IMG/VR virus record: IMGVR_UViG_3300028610_000244
Location: 1 to 64,000 of that record
Source of the DNA: a virus
Strand: one strand, 5' to 3'
Length of the DNA: 64,000 bases
The notes under the pieces: generated by a model
Told to the model about the DNA's origin: nothing
Database searches by the model: none
The model's input: only the letters and a program-made list of their open reading frames with translations
Translations under genes and position numbers: made by a program
In this document: positions 18,724-28,989 of the stretch, piece after piece
Layout: each line of letters starts with the position of its first letter
Position numbering within the stretch: the stretch's first letter is position 1

Positions 18724-19408
18724 GTCACTGTCCTCCTCGAAAGTATTCGATCAGCAGCTTGTAGAAGAATTCCTTGTCCAGTTCATCCCGGTCAATGGCC
18801 GCAGGATACCAGACCCTCATGCCGCAGGCTCGGCAAACAAGCACGGACCACAACGCTGAGACACGATGCCAATCAACGCAGCCATTGCAGACGTCGTGGA
18901 CACCGACGCCAGTGTAGCCAGCGTTTGTATCCAGAGTCACGGTCCCTTCTCGCTCACCTACTGCTATCGTGTGCCTACTCATGTCACGTCCTCCGTCCTC
19001 AGTCATTGAAGCATTTCACAACATGGTACGTCGTCAAACGTTTGCCGTGCCAGTGTATCGCCGTCACGCCTTTATTGCTCTGTCCCTCAAGCCTCACGAC
19101 ACCGACATCGGCGTACCTAAGATCAGGGAAGTCCCGCTGAGCAATCCTAAACAGGTGCAGAACGTGTTCGATATTGCTTCCATAACTATCCTCGTACAGC
19201 AAGCACTGCTCACCATTGTGTCGTCTGGTTATCATGTCACTCGTCCCCCAACAAGGATGTGCCACGGCCACGGATAGCCAGGGCCAGGATCACGGCGGCG
19301 ATTACGATAGCCTTCGCAATGTACCTGCATCCCGACAGAAGCGGAATACCTGTGTTGATGTCTTCATCAATTATCTTGAATGCTTCACGTAGTTCTGTAT
19401 GCTTCATG

Positions 19409-19780
19409 TCACTTCCTCCTCAATCTTGCCTGCAACATGCAGAGTTTCTGTTTCCACTTCGGCCAGCCGGAGATAATCCGCTTCGCGTGTGCCGCCGAGC
19501 AGCTTGCTGTGTGCCCTACCTTGACAACGCCGGGATCAGGCGGATAGGTAAACTTCGTCGGCTTCCATAGGACCAGCACGTTTCCGTCCAACATCGTCTC
19601 CGCGTGCAGCTCTTCGGGCTTGACAGCATCTATGCAGTGCATGTACTCGGCTGCGTTCATCAGCTCGGCCGCGATAACACGAGCTGTCCCCAGGAACTGA
19701 GTCCCGGCGTCGTCGGCGATGTCACTGACTCGCTCACCTGTGTTGAGTCTTGCAATGATAACGTCTGCGTTAATCTTCAT
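19409..19780 (-). CDS. hypothetical protein
   Basis: Coupled ORF. Confidence 0.55.
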   Translation of the reverse strand: MKINADVIIARLNTGERVSDIADDAGTQFLGTARVIAAELMNAAEYMHCIDAVKPEELHAETMLDGNVLVLWKPTKFTYPPDPGVVKVGHTASCSAAHAKRIISGWPKWKQKLCMLQARLRRK

Positions 19781-20265
19781 TAGAATCTCCCTTCATGCAA
19801 GAGAAGATGATTCCAGATTGCGTCCAGGTGCTTCCGCACCAGCATTGAATTGCCGGCAGCATCAAACATCTCGACCCTGTTGGGCAGCAGCTCGACATGG
19901 TATTCCTTACCACTGGGAGCAGTCCACCAGAAGCGATTCTGTCTCCACTCAATCGCCAGATCACCCGTAGGCTCCGGCTTGAGTCCTGAACCCTTACACC
20001 TATCGCAGGTGATGATCTCGCTTTCATCTTGTATAGTCCAGCGAACTTTGCCGTCACCCTTACACTTCGTGCAGATTTTCGCTGGATCAAGCCGGACCGA
20101 CACAGTGACACTCAGCACAAGGTCACTGGCTAGAGGACAATCCTCGGTGTGCGGGATGTTACCGAATTCGCCCCGCTTATAGCATAAGGAACACCGGCCA
20201 GTCGGGACGCCCATGATCCTGGAGCTAGTCGTAAGCTCTGCCCGTGTAAATTCTCTTTTATACAT
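19780..20265 (-). CDS. CxxC-HxxxC zinc-finger paralog 2 with inserted DnaJ-type finger
   Basis: CSLC...HTEDCPL; CTKCKGDG...CDRCKGSG; WWTAPSGKEYHVE. Confidence 0.7.
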   Translation of the reverse strand: MYKREFTRAELTTSSRIMGVPTGRCSLCYKRGEFGNIPHTEDCPLASDLVLSVTVSVRLDPAKICTKCKGDGKVRWTIQDESEIITCDRCKGSGLKPEPTGDLAIEWRQNRFWWTAPSGKEYHVELLPNRVEMFDAAGNSMLVRKHLDAIWNHLLLHEGRF

Positions 20266-20266
20266 G

Positions 20267-20650
20267 TCATAGGCTCCCTTGATTTAATCCTATCCAATGC
20301 CTGATCTGAGTCAGACTCGTTCTCGACACAATCATACCACCAGGGTCGTCAAACATGCCGTAACAACCTAATGGCCGTCCCACAGTCGCCGCCAGCTTCT
20401 CAACATGGTACTCGGCACCACTCGGGCTCCGCCACCACCACCATCCGTCATGGAACCGGAAGACGACGCCGTTAGGTCTGTGAGCAGCTACCGTCACGCC
20501 GGACACCGCAAGGTCAGCCAGCACGCAATTCGCGTCGTGTGTGATCTCGTCAGCCTCCAGGCCCATGCAGCGGCACAGCACGCATTCCCACGGTTGCGGC
20601 CCGGCCGCTGCCTTCCGGATCAAATCTCTTCGTTCATATTGTCTTATCAT
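20267..20650 (-). CDS. CxxC-HxxxC zinc-finger paralog 3
   Basis: CVLC...HDANCVL; WWRSPSGAEYHVE. Confidence 0.7.
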   Translation of the reverse strand: MIRQYERRDLIRKAAAGPQPWECVLCRCMGLEADEITHDANCVLADLAVSGVTVAAHRPNGVVFRFHDGWWWWRSPSGAEYHVEKLAATVGRPLGCYGMFDDPGGMIVSRTSLTQIRHWIGLNQGSL

Positions 20651-21063
20651 TGCATCGCCTTCGCAATCTTCGCCTTGACCTGCTTCTGGACTTCATGGAA
20701 GGACATGTCTTGGACTAACCGCCTGACTCGCTCCTCAATCGCCTCCGGTGTCGCAGCAGCCTCTACAGCCTCGGCCACAAGTCCTCGAACAGTTGCCTCA
20801 GCCTCTCTCGCAACCGCCAGCTTTATCACGTCACGGTAGTCGGACGACAGCTTTGTCCTGGCTCCCCACTTCTTCTCCTCAAAGAGCATATCATTGACAC
20901 GAGCAGCCACTATCGCTTCAATGCGTGCCTCGATGCGGGGCAGGACGTGCTTTACCTCATACTCTTTGAGCACAGAACGTCTGATCTCGACGGCCACGTC
21001 ACCTTCTGCTTCCAGCAGGTGCATCAACGCCGGCAATGAATTGATCTGTATTTTAGTTGACAT
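20647..21063 (-). CDS. hypothetical helical protein
   Basis: Start MSTKIQ with GGGAG RBS. Confidence 0.6.
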   Translation of the reverse strand: MSTKIQINSLPALMHLLEAEGDVAVEIRRSVLKEYEVKHVLPRIEARIEAIVAARVNDMLFEEKKWGARTKLSSDYRDVIKLAVAREAEATVRGLVAEAVEAAATPEAIEERVRRLVQDMSFHEVQKQVKAKIAKAMQ

Positions 21064-21359
21064 CGTCGTCTCCCTCACTTACTTTCGGCTCGAACATATA
21101 TTCTAACGCCTCGGTGTCCCCGAACGCCTTCGCAATCTGTCCTGTGTCAAACAGTTGCTCAAGCCGCAGTGACATCTCCAGGCCCATACGCATCGGGAAT
21201 TCAGCGGTCAGCATACCAATACACATCTGACGTGCCTCCTCGTTTTCATCGTTGTCGAACGGGCACAAGAAGTAGACCCTGAGCAGACCGGCCCAGGCGT
21301 CGAACTTCTGGTCCGGCGTGTATTCTGTTGAGCACATGATCTTGCGGAACCCGTGCCAC

Positions 21360-21764
21360 TCAGTCAAAAAGTAATCGTGTGTGATTTTCACGGTTTCCTC
21401 CAAATGGTATAATGATAACTGGTTTCTTTGCCACAATAGCTTTGTTGATTGTGTCGGCGGTCCCTGTTGAGCAGCCGTCCCAGAAGGCCAACACAGTGTC
21501 TGCCCGCTTCACGATCTTCGCGTTGCGGATCATCCCAGCTCTTTTACCATAGCTCTCCCAATCAGCCGGGAACTCTACGTAAGGAAGCCTGTTATCGAAC
21601 GCATATTTTGCCGCCATCCTATCAGCACCACGGGCACCGCCCGACACGATCTCAATACCCGCAGGCATCACGCCGTGCAGGCAGAACTCAATCCAGGTTG
21701 CCAGCATGGCTTCATTCCTGAACGACCTCGACCCGACCACGGCTAATGATAGTTTCGCTTTCAT
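21360..21764 (-). CDS. SLOG/YspA-like (DUF2493) protein
   Basis: VVGSRSF, IVSGGARGAD, PADW..YGKRAGMIRN, AFWDG.STGT. Confidence 0.88.
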   Translation of the reverse strand: MKAKLSLAVVGSRSFRNEAMLATWIEFCLHGVMPAGIEIVSGGARGADRMAAKYAFDNRLPYVEFPADWESYGKRAGMIRNAKIVKRADTVLAFWDGCSTGTADTINKAIVAKKPVIIIPFGGNRENHTRLLFD

Positions 21765-21947
21765 GTCGTCCTCAACAATTGCACAAGGTTCTCGCCCTCA
21801 AGCAGTTTCTCCAGGCAAGTGACTTCGCACGTCAACAGCCGGTGCTGCACAACCACAGCCGCGTGCTGTGCTGGCCTGCCGGAAGAGACATAGTTCTCCA
21901 GGGCGTTCAGCTTACGATTCGCCACAAATATCTGCACCTTAATTGAG

Positions 21948-22289
21948 TCACTTTGCATTGACATCGGGTATCCTATCATTCTCTACTGAATATCGTCCGC
22001 ACTTCGACACCAGCGTCTCATGCGATTCCAGGCTCCAATCCGGCACGACACAAGGCCGATCCACGGCCGGACAATCGCCACAGATGACATCCCTGGGTGC
22101 AGTCATAGTAAGGCCCTGAATCGCCAGCACGGCAGGGTCCGCAAACGGGCAACTAGGCTCATGCTGAATCATGTCGCCGTCTACAAGGCTTTCACCGCCG
22201 CACAGGTTACATACCTGGACAACGTAGCCGGTATGGTCTTCATCGGCCCTGGTCAAATCCTCACGGGTATAAATCTTCTTGGTATCCAT
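21948..22289 (-). CDS. CxxC-HxxxC zinc-finger paralog 4
   Basis: YTREDL...CNLC...HEPSCPF; probably leaderless. Confidence 0.7.
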   Translation of the reverse strand: MDTKKIYTREDLTRADEDHTGYVVQVCNLCGGESLVDGDMIQHEPSCPFADPAVLAIQGLTMTAPRDVICGDCPAVDRPCVVPDWSLESHETLVSKCGRYSVENDRIPDVNAK

Positions 22290-22295
22290 AGTTAA

Positions 22296-22323
22296 AGTAT
22301 ACGGTATATTTGCTGGGATGCAA
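22296..22323 (-). promoter_or_regulatory. phage repeated promoter (TTTGCAT class)
   Basis: TTGCAT-16nt-TATACTTTAAC. Confidence 0.78.
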
Positions 22324-22549
22324 ATTATTTCTTAAAAATTATTGTCGATGTGCCTCCAAGTCCTTCCTGATTCTCTTCTCCAGTATCCGCAGAGCTTTCA
22401 GCTCGGCCTCATCCTGCAAACGCATGACACGCATGACCGCAGCCTTTGTGGGGCTCGCACCCATCCCACCACCGGGAACGAAGTCCTTCACAGCCTTGAT
22501 CCTGGCTTCCAGACTGTAAATCCTGAGCGTAATTCCACCTAACATCATA

Positions 22550-22885
22550 TCACTGCCTCCCGCTTTGAACATCATATCGTCCGCACGACACCAACAATGA
22601 TTCGTGCGTGGCTTCTTTCCAGCCACCTGTACTGGCAACCATACAACCCTCACCGCCTTCGGCAGGGCACGTCTGACAGATCGCAGCCCTGGGCTTCGTC
22701 AAACGTGTCACCATGACGCCCAAGGTGTCTGAGCAGTGCAGCGGGCAGTCGGTATCATGTGCAATCTCAAAGCCGTGGTCCAGGCTCTCGTTACCACAGA
22801 GAGAACAAACCTGACGGACACCGCCGTAGGTTCCCTCATCCTCATGTGTCAGATCGTCCCTGGTGTAAGATCGTTTAGTCGCCAT
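22550..22885 (-). CDS. CxxC-HxxxC zinc-finger paralog 5
   Basis: YTRDDL...CSLC...HDTDCPL; colinear with 21948-22289. Confidence 0.7.
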   Translation of the reverse strand: MATKRSYTRDDLTHEDEGTYGGVRQVCSLCGNESLDHGFEIAHDTDCPLHCSDTLGVMVTRLTKPRAAICQTCPAEGGEGCMVASTGGWKEATHESLLVSCGRYDVQSGRQ

Positions 22886-23325
22886 CAGTGGCTTCCTCCG
22901 TTTTCGCATTGCCCGCAGCTACCGTGACATCCGCAGGCACAAGCCTCCGTGATCGGATTCGACTTAACCATCTTGGGCACAGGTACGAACTCGATGTCCA
23001 TCAGCTTCGGTCCAGACTCAGCTTCCGGGCCTTCACCCTGTGCGAACATCCGCAACATGTCACCATCGAAGCCGAATATCTTTATCATCCAGTGCAGCTT
23101 GTAGTGTCTGGCATGGATACTAAAGAAGTACACCATGCCCAGCTCGAACGAATCGTCCGGCGTGACATGGAATAGATGAACCTCGTCAGCGTCAATGATT
23201 CGACGCACCATCTGCTCGCCGCACTCGACCTCGCCTACATACACTTCGTCACCTGATTCGCGGTGCTTGCCGATATGCTCAACCGCAGCCGTCGTTTCCG
23301 CATCTCCAATAAATACAATATTCAT
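22885..23325 (-). CDS. nucleoside-deoxyribosyltransferase/TIR-like fold protein (paralog B)
   Basis: MNIVFIG...RRIIDADEVH...SFELGMVY. Confidence 0.5.
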   Translation of the reverse strand: MNIVFIGDAETTAAVEHIGKHRESGDEVYVGEVECGEQMVRRIIDADEVHLFHVTPDDSFELGMVYFFSIHARHYKLHWMIKIFGFDGDMLRMFAQGEGPEAESGPKLMDIEFVPVPKMVKSNPITEACACGCHGSCGQCENGGSH

Positions 23326-23869
23326 GTCACTACCCCCTCGTAATTGATGTCGTCAATGGATTCTTTGATCTCGCCAAAGCCACGGGTATGAATCTCTTTG
23401 GCCGCGTCGTCCATTGCCCGTGCGTAATCTGCACTCCTGTCCAGGTCCAGAGCAATAGGCACCTCGACGCCGAACGAACACGTTACTGTCACTGTCTTGG
23501 TTTCTCCACTCGCACTCATGTCACTGTCTCCTCATGTCTGAATGTCCATTTCCCACGAACGCCACGGCGTATTAGCTTTCCGTTCTTGAACACCGCCCAC
23601 TGGTGTCCGCAGGCCGTACACCAACGAATAGCTTTATGCCACCTCGTCTTGCCGTGCTTGCAGTATTCACAGAAGCCCGCGAAGTCACTCATGTCACCCA
23701 CTCCTTAATTGTGATGACAATAAACCAGCCGAGCATCACAGGCCAGATCAGCCCAGCTATCAACGGTACGTAGATTTTCGGCCAGAGCCCGATGTTGTCG
23801 TACTTCTTGGGCCGCATCAGTTCAAAGATTATGCCGAACGCAGCCGCTATATAAAGATACCACATGTCA

Positions 23870-24532
23870 CTATCTCCTCTTGAGTCTTGTCAAAAACTTT
23901 GTTTCCAAACGCCCGTAGTCGTAGGCGAAACAATCGAAGTCGAAATACTCGTGATGCAGCGGCTCCCAGCCGTAGTGGTACAGGATCGCGTTCACTTGTG
24001 CCATGCAGATCGAGAAATTGATTCGCTCGAAAGGATGACCGGCGACGAAATACTGGATGTAGTTCGCCAACAGCTCGGCACAGAACGTGTCACGCAGCAC
24101 GAACATGCAGTCCTGCATCTCAGACAAGAACGCAAATACATGATCCTCGTGCGGCAGATGCAGCTCGTAACCTGTCGGCAGATTGACAAGATGAAGAGTC
24201 CCGGTCAATCGCTCTGCTCGGAAAACAGGCACGATCTTCTCGGTGTTTGGCAAACCCTTGAACCAACCCTTCTTGAGAAGTGGTCGCCAAGAGTCTTTGG
24301 TCACGCCTCGAAATTGGCTCGTGGTTGCGACGTAGGGTCCATCGGTGTTTGTGAATCCGGTGTAGCCGCCAGCACTGACCAGCTTGTGCATGGACATCAG
24401 CATATCACAGAAGCGAGCCTCATGCCGGCCAGAGAACCAAGACTGAAAGTAGTGCGTGGCGTCTTCCATGTTCTTCAAGTATTGAGGATCAACATGATCC
24501 TGCTCGAATCTTGTAAACCAGCTCTTATTCAT
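23870..24532 (-). CDS. Fic/Fido-domain-like protein with variant active-site motif
   Basis: MHKLV...QFR...HPFERINFSICM. Confidence 0.55.
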   Translation of the reverse strand: MNKSWFTRFEQDHVDPQYLKNMEDATHYFQSWFSGRHEARFCDMLMSMHKLVSAGGYTGFTNTDGPYVATTSQFRGVTKDSWRPLLKKGWFKGLPNTEKIVPVFRAERLTGTLHLVNLPTGYELHLPHEDHVFAFLSEMQDCMFVLRDTFCAELLANYIQYFVAGHPFERINFSICMAQVNAILYHYGWEPLHHEYFDFDCFAYDYGRLETKFLTRLKRR

Positions 24533-24993
24533 GTGTCACTTCCTCCAACACAATTCGCTCGATAGAGTACCAGCCACCATAGCCTCGACACATCTTGAAG
24601 TGGATGTCGTTCTGGATGCAGTGCTCGATGATTACACCCACGGTCATGCCCATGCTGCTATGCACGCTGACCCCACCAACCTCGAACATCGCAATCACGC
24701 GGGCTTTCGCTGCGTTCGTCAGCCGGTAAGGAAACACCGAGCCCGTCGCTATTCGTCTGCCATCTAACTTAGCCATTATCTAGTCCTCGATAAAATTTCG
24801 GCAAAGTGTCGCCGCACAATAGTCGTGTATGTCACTGACGTCACCTCCCAGTGCGGATCAAGGCACACCGGCTGGCCCATGAGGAAGTTGAACGCATTGG
24901 GCTCGTTGCTGAATCCGTCCAAGGCGTTGAGCTTCATGTTGGGCTCGCCCTGAAAGAGAAAGAAGCCATTGACTGCGATGTCACCGAACATGC

Positions 24994-25242
24994 TCATAGA
25001 AAATCCTTTATAGTTTTGCCAACACTACGATGGTTCTCAACTGCCTTGCGTATCAGCATTGCCACTTTCGTTTCCAGGTCGTCAAGGAACTCACCGCTCA
25101 CTCGTGTCGGGAGCCAACCGAGACGCTTGGCACCGTACCGCAAAGCCATCTTGCGGCACTCGCTCCTGTTGAGCACCGAAGGCGTATGGAACTTCTCTAC
25201 CTTCTCAACTCCGTCGTATTCAGTTCTCGTCGCTGTCATCAA
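24994..25242 (-). CDS. histone-fold protein (prokaryotic histone-like)
   Basis: RVSGEFLDDLETKVAMLIRKAV...GKTIK matches the L1-alpha2-L2 pattern of HMf-type/bacterial histones. Confidence 0.6.
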   Translation of the reverse strand: MMTATRTEYDGVEKVEKFHTPSVLNRSECRKMALRYGAKRLGWLPTRVSGEFLDDLETKVAMLIRKAVENHRSVGKTIKDFL

Positions 25243-25377
25243 GCTCTTCCTTTATTGTCTGCATCAGTTGGTTCAGCACCGTGAAGCACGTAATGATTCC
25301 GTTCAGGGTTCGCTCGTGTTTCATCAATCGCCAGAGCAAGAGCCCCAGGAGCAGCCATTGTAGTATTTCATTGTAGA

Positions 25378-25797
25378 TCATAGCACCAGCTCTCCGTTCA
25401 ACATCGTTCCGCTTGTCGGGTCATACCAGTGACGGTCCCCGCTATGGCGTGCCCCACAGTCCTCGCAGCAGGCCGGAGATTGGTCATCTGGATAGATTAC
25501 GTTCTCGTGGCTGCACGCCATCTGCTTGATGAGACGGTCGCGGTGCGGCCAGACATACCAGCAGCCGCCGCGAGCACAGAACAGCTCCCGCTCAAAGGCG
25601 TCCGGTGACATCTGCGACATTTTTACCGAGATAACAATCTTCATTTGTCCGGGCCAAGCCTCGACAAGTGCTCTTGCCTGCTCGATACTCAGCACCAGGG
25701 CATGATCTTCGTCGCCCCAACAATTGCCGCTATGATTGCTCGGCTCGTGGCCGATGTAGTAATTACTGTTGTGTGCTTGTACATTGAATGTTATCAT
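25378..25797 (-). CDS. hypothetical protein with zinc ribbon
   Basis: Start MITFNV at a GTGACATG junction; CSH...CEDCG. Confidence 0.55.
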   Translation of the reverse strand: MITFNVQAHNSNYYIGHEPSNHSGNCWGDEDHALVLSIEQARALVEAWPGQMKIVISVKMSQMSPDAFERELFCARGGCWYVWPHRDRLIKQMACSHENVIYPDDQSPACCEDCGARHSGDRHWYDPTSGTMLNGELVL

Positions 25798-25798
25798 G

Positions 25799-26164
25799 TC
25801 ACTCTGTGCCTCCAGATTTAAGCTGACGGAATTTCGAGCGGAGCAGGTCGCCGGACACGTTCCAGAACTGTCCTCGGAACTTCTTGCCGCCACGGTTTCG
25901 GCTGTACGTGCCCTGCCATAGATAGACGTGACCATCTTCTTCGCCGTTGTCGCCGATGAAGTCGTGGATGTCCTCGTACAACCAGGGCGAAGAATCCAGG
26001 CCACCGAAGTCCGACTGAATCACAACCAAGTCACCATATTCGCCCAAGGTGTAGAGGATGAATCCCTCGTAACTGGTATGGTCTTTCGGCTTCAAATGTC
26101 CCCATGTATCTTGCCGGACATCTGCTGCCTTGCGTGCCGCGTATGCGTCTACTATTTCAGCCAT
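25799..26164 (-). CDS. hypothetical protein
   Basis: GGAGG RBS and GTGACATG start. Confidence 0.6.
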   Translation of the reverse strand: MAEIVDAYAARKAADVRQDTWGHLKPKDHTSYEGFILYTLGEYGDLVVIQSDFGGLDSSPWLYEDIHDFIGDNGEEDGHVYLWQGTYSRNRGGKKFRGQFWNVSGDLLRSKFRQLKSGGTE

Positions 26165-27353
26165 GTCACTACCTCCTCTATTTGCTTAGGTCATGGAACG
26201 CTATGGTCCCGGCAAGCACAATTCCGATTGCCGCCAGCACAAGCATCGCTTTCACAAATCCCGCCGTCGTCGCCAACACTAACATGTCACCTCCTCGAAT
26301 TCAACATCCGGATAGATATCTTCCAACATATCACGGGCGTAGTCTCTGTCACTCTCTTCACGGAACACAGCAATCAGAAGCCCATCGGCCTGGAGTCCTG
26401 GCCCCATCTCACATCGGGTCTTGATGCTTTCCGCTGTCGCTCTCGGTATGTACGCACGAGACTGCCTGCCGTCCTGGATGAATGTCACCTCTACGTTGCC
26501 ATCGCAATCAAAATCTTTCTTAGCTATATCAACTTGCATGTCACATCTCCGGTTCGTCTTGATACTCTACGGTTTCGATCTCAAAGCCCATGTGCTCGGC
26601 CCTCTGCTCTATGGCAACTCGGATGTCGGTGCGGGTGCGTCCCCACTCCCAGATCGTCGGGTCGCCTTTGACCCATGCCTTGAAGCCGGGGTTTGCTGGC
26701 TGATCCAGAAGTATTAGTCCGCGTCCCGGCACTAACGCCGTTTGCTGGGGCTGCTTTGGTGCAATGATTATTGTCACCTTATCCATCTGTCACCGTCTCC
26801 ACCTTAGTCGTCACTATCACCCGGATCGCAGTGCCAACCATGCTCTCCGGTTTCGTCTCGAATCTGTGTGCTTCCTGGATGTCATAGGTGCCGCCAGCAT
26901 AGGGTGCCAGCAGGTAGTAAGCCGAGCTGCGAATCTCATCAAACTGCAACACCCAGGCTTCCGTCCTGGTCCCCGACAGCAACGCCATGACCAGCTCGTG
27001 TCGGCCGTAGAAGCAGTCATCGCAAGAGCAGTCGATTCCGGGCTCTCGGCCCTCAGCAGCTTCCGCATCGAAGTACGGACTCCTGGGATCATTGACGCAC
27101 AGATGTTCAAATAGCTCTTTGTCGGTCATGTCACTTACCATCCCGTCCTGCAAGAGATTTCGCTGCGTCGTCAAGCCACTTGATACCCAGGCCCAGGCCC
27201 TCGACCACTAAAACCAGCGGCCAAACAATCACGACCAGAAACGGTATATTGTTCTTGATCTTGAACATATAGTTTAGGACCAGAGTAAGCCAACCCATTG
27301 CCAAATACAGAACAATGAATACTGTTATCCATAGAATCAAATGTAGTGACATG

Positions 27354-27602
27354 TCACTTCCTCCACTTTTTGTTCTCGTGAACACAGAAGCCAGCCCACT
27401 CTGCATCGAACTCATCACTCTCGACGTCACTCAGTCGGCGAGCCGGACTATCAAACCACATCTGCACAGCGTCCAGGCTCTTGAACTTCTTTTCCTTCAA
27501 GTCCTTGGCGGTGCCGTTGTTCGTGACCAGCCAGCCTTTGCCGTCTTCCAGCAGCAGCAGGCCGGCGTCACTTAGTTGTTTTCTCAGCTTCAAAAGTTTC
27601 AT
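27354..27602 (-). CDS. hypothetical protein
   Basis: First ORF after promoter 27663-27690. Confidence 0.55.
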   Translation of the reverse strand: MKLLKLRKQLSDAGLLLLEDGKGWLVTNNGTAKDLKEKKFKSLDAVQMWFDSPARRLSDVESDEFDAEWAGFCVHENKKWRK

Positions 27603-27662
27603 CAGTTTTCCTTCGTGTGAAACAGTGTCGGCACATTCCGTTCTCCAATACCTTACACTTAA

Positions 27663-27690
27663 AGTATAACACAGATTTCCCAGGATGCAA
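27663..27690 (-). promoter_or_regulatory. phage repeated promoter (TTTGCAT class)
   Basis: TTGCAT-16nt-TATACTTTAAG. Confidence 0.8.
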
Positions 27691-27929
27691 ATTATTTCTT
27701 ATATAAAATCGTCACTATCACATAGTCGGATTTATGCCGCCACCTGGATGAATGGCTTGTTGTCTTGACGTCCACTATGTCAAGACCGGCAGTTTTCTTC
27801 TCAATTTGCATATTCAAGCTGTCGGGGTGCATCGCATCGCCGATTATAATCATCGTCTGCATTATCGGTCCTTTCAAAGGGTTGGCCGAGCCCGTGGGGA
27901 CAGGCTCGGCCGGTTTAGGGAGGATGATG

Positions 27930-28499
27930 TCATTCATATTTGTCGCCGTCTACTGTGAATTCCCACTCATTCGCCTCGATGGTTTCCTGGACAGCCTCGT
28001 CGCTGAGCATATAGTCGTGCTGCTTTGAGAGCATGGTCCCATAATCACCGCACAGGTCTTTCAGGAATTCGTCGCACATCTCTTTGTATTGGTCTGACTC
28101 AGTGAACTCCTCATAGTCAGGATCGAAATCATCCTGGGCCTCAAAGATCGAGCCCTGTACGCTGATAGCGTTCTGGAACTCCCAGGCGGTCTTGTACGTC
28201 TCACAGGCACCCTCTTGGGGCTCACAGCCTGCTACGTGTGGCTTACAGCCGCAGCCGTGGTTCTCCAGGACCAGAGCCGCAGCTTCCTCGGCACCTTCGA
28301 TCCATTTGCCGTTGGCGTAGATCGGATTAAGCCCGAACGCTACGAGCTTGAGTCCGATATTCTTGGCGTCCTCGAAGTCGCCGTCCCACCATTCATCGTG
28401 AACGTTGATGTCACTGTATGCCAGGATAGCAGTCTCTTTTGCCTCGTCCGATAATTCGTCAAACTCATAAACTTTGGTTGTTACTGTGTACTCTTTCAT
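27930..28499 (-). CDS. highly acidic conserved phage/MGE protein
   Basis: VYEFDELSDEAKE...WWD...DYMLSDEAVQETIEANEWEFT.DG; start MKEYTV after own promoter. Confidence 0.7.
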   Translation of the reverse strand: MKEYTVTTKVYEFDELSDEAKETAILAYSDINVHDEWWDGDFEDAKNIGLKLVAFGLNPIYANGKWIEGAEEAAALVLENHGCGCKPHVAGCEPQEGACETYKTAWEFQNAISVQGSIFEAQDDFDPDYEEFTESDQYKEMCDEFLKDLCGDYGTMLSKQHDYMLSDEAVQETIEANEWEFTVDGDKYE

Positions 28500-28531
28500 G
28501 GTCTGGTCTCCAGTGTTCTGCTTACACTTAA

Positions 28532-28559
28532 AGTATAAGACATTTTCACCAGGATGCAA
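28532..28559 (-). promoter_or_regulatory. phage repeated promoter (TTTGCAT class)
   Basis: TTGCAT-16nt-TATACTTTAAG. Confidence 0.8.
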
Positions 28560-28562
28560 ATT

Positions 28563-28955
28563 CTATTTTGAAATAATTATTGTGCTTCCTGCTTTGGTCT
28601 GGAAACCCCAATGCAGGGCCGACTCGTCAAACGTCAGCGGCAAGATGTCGGCGAAGGCACAGTGAACGTCGGCGATAACATACTCTTTCGACTTGACCAC
28701 CAGCGGCCCCGTTTTCGGGAACTGCGGCAAGAATTGTGTCCGTGTGCCCGCCGAGATTGTGGGGCCGGTAACAGTGACGATGATGTCGGCGTCGGGGTGC
28801 TTCTTGTTGTACGCCTTTGCCTGGGCGTTCCAATCCTTGATGATGGCGTCCCGAGCTGCACGAACAGCCTCTGAGTCCACCATACCTTTGAAGGCGATGG
28901 TGGCCGTGTCAGCGGCCCCGAGTAGCTCGATGATTGCTTTCTTGGTCTTTGCCAT
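28563..28955 (-). CDS. hypothetical protein
   Basis: Single-gene cassette between two repeated promoters; GGAG RBS. Confidence 0.7.
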   Translation of the reverse strand: MAKTKKAIIELLGAADTATIAFKGMVDSEAVRAARDAIIKDWNAQAKAYNKKHPDADIIVTVTGPTISAGTRTQFLPQFPKTGPLVVKSKEYVIADVHCAFADILPLTFDESALHWGFQTKAGSTIIISK

Positions 28956-28989
28956 TTTCGTTCTCCAGTGCGTTTCACTTTACACTTAA

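Noticed and set aside
27345-27358. GTGACATGTCAC as a matS site
   Set aside because: It is one base shorter than matS (GTGACRNYGTCAC) and is explained by the general TGTCAC enrichment.
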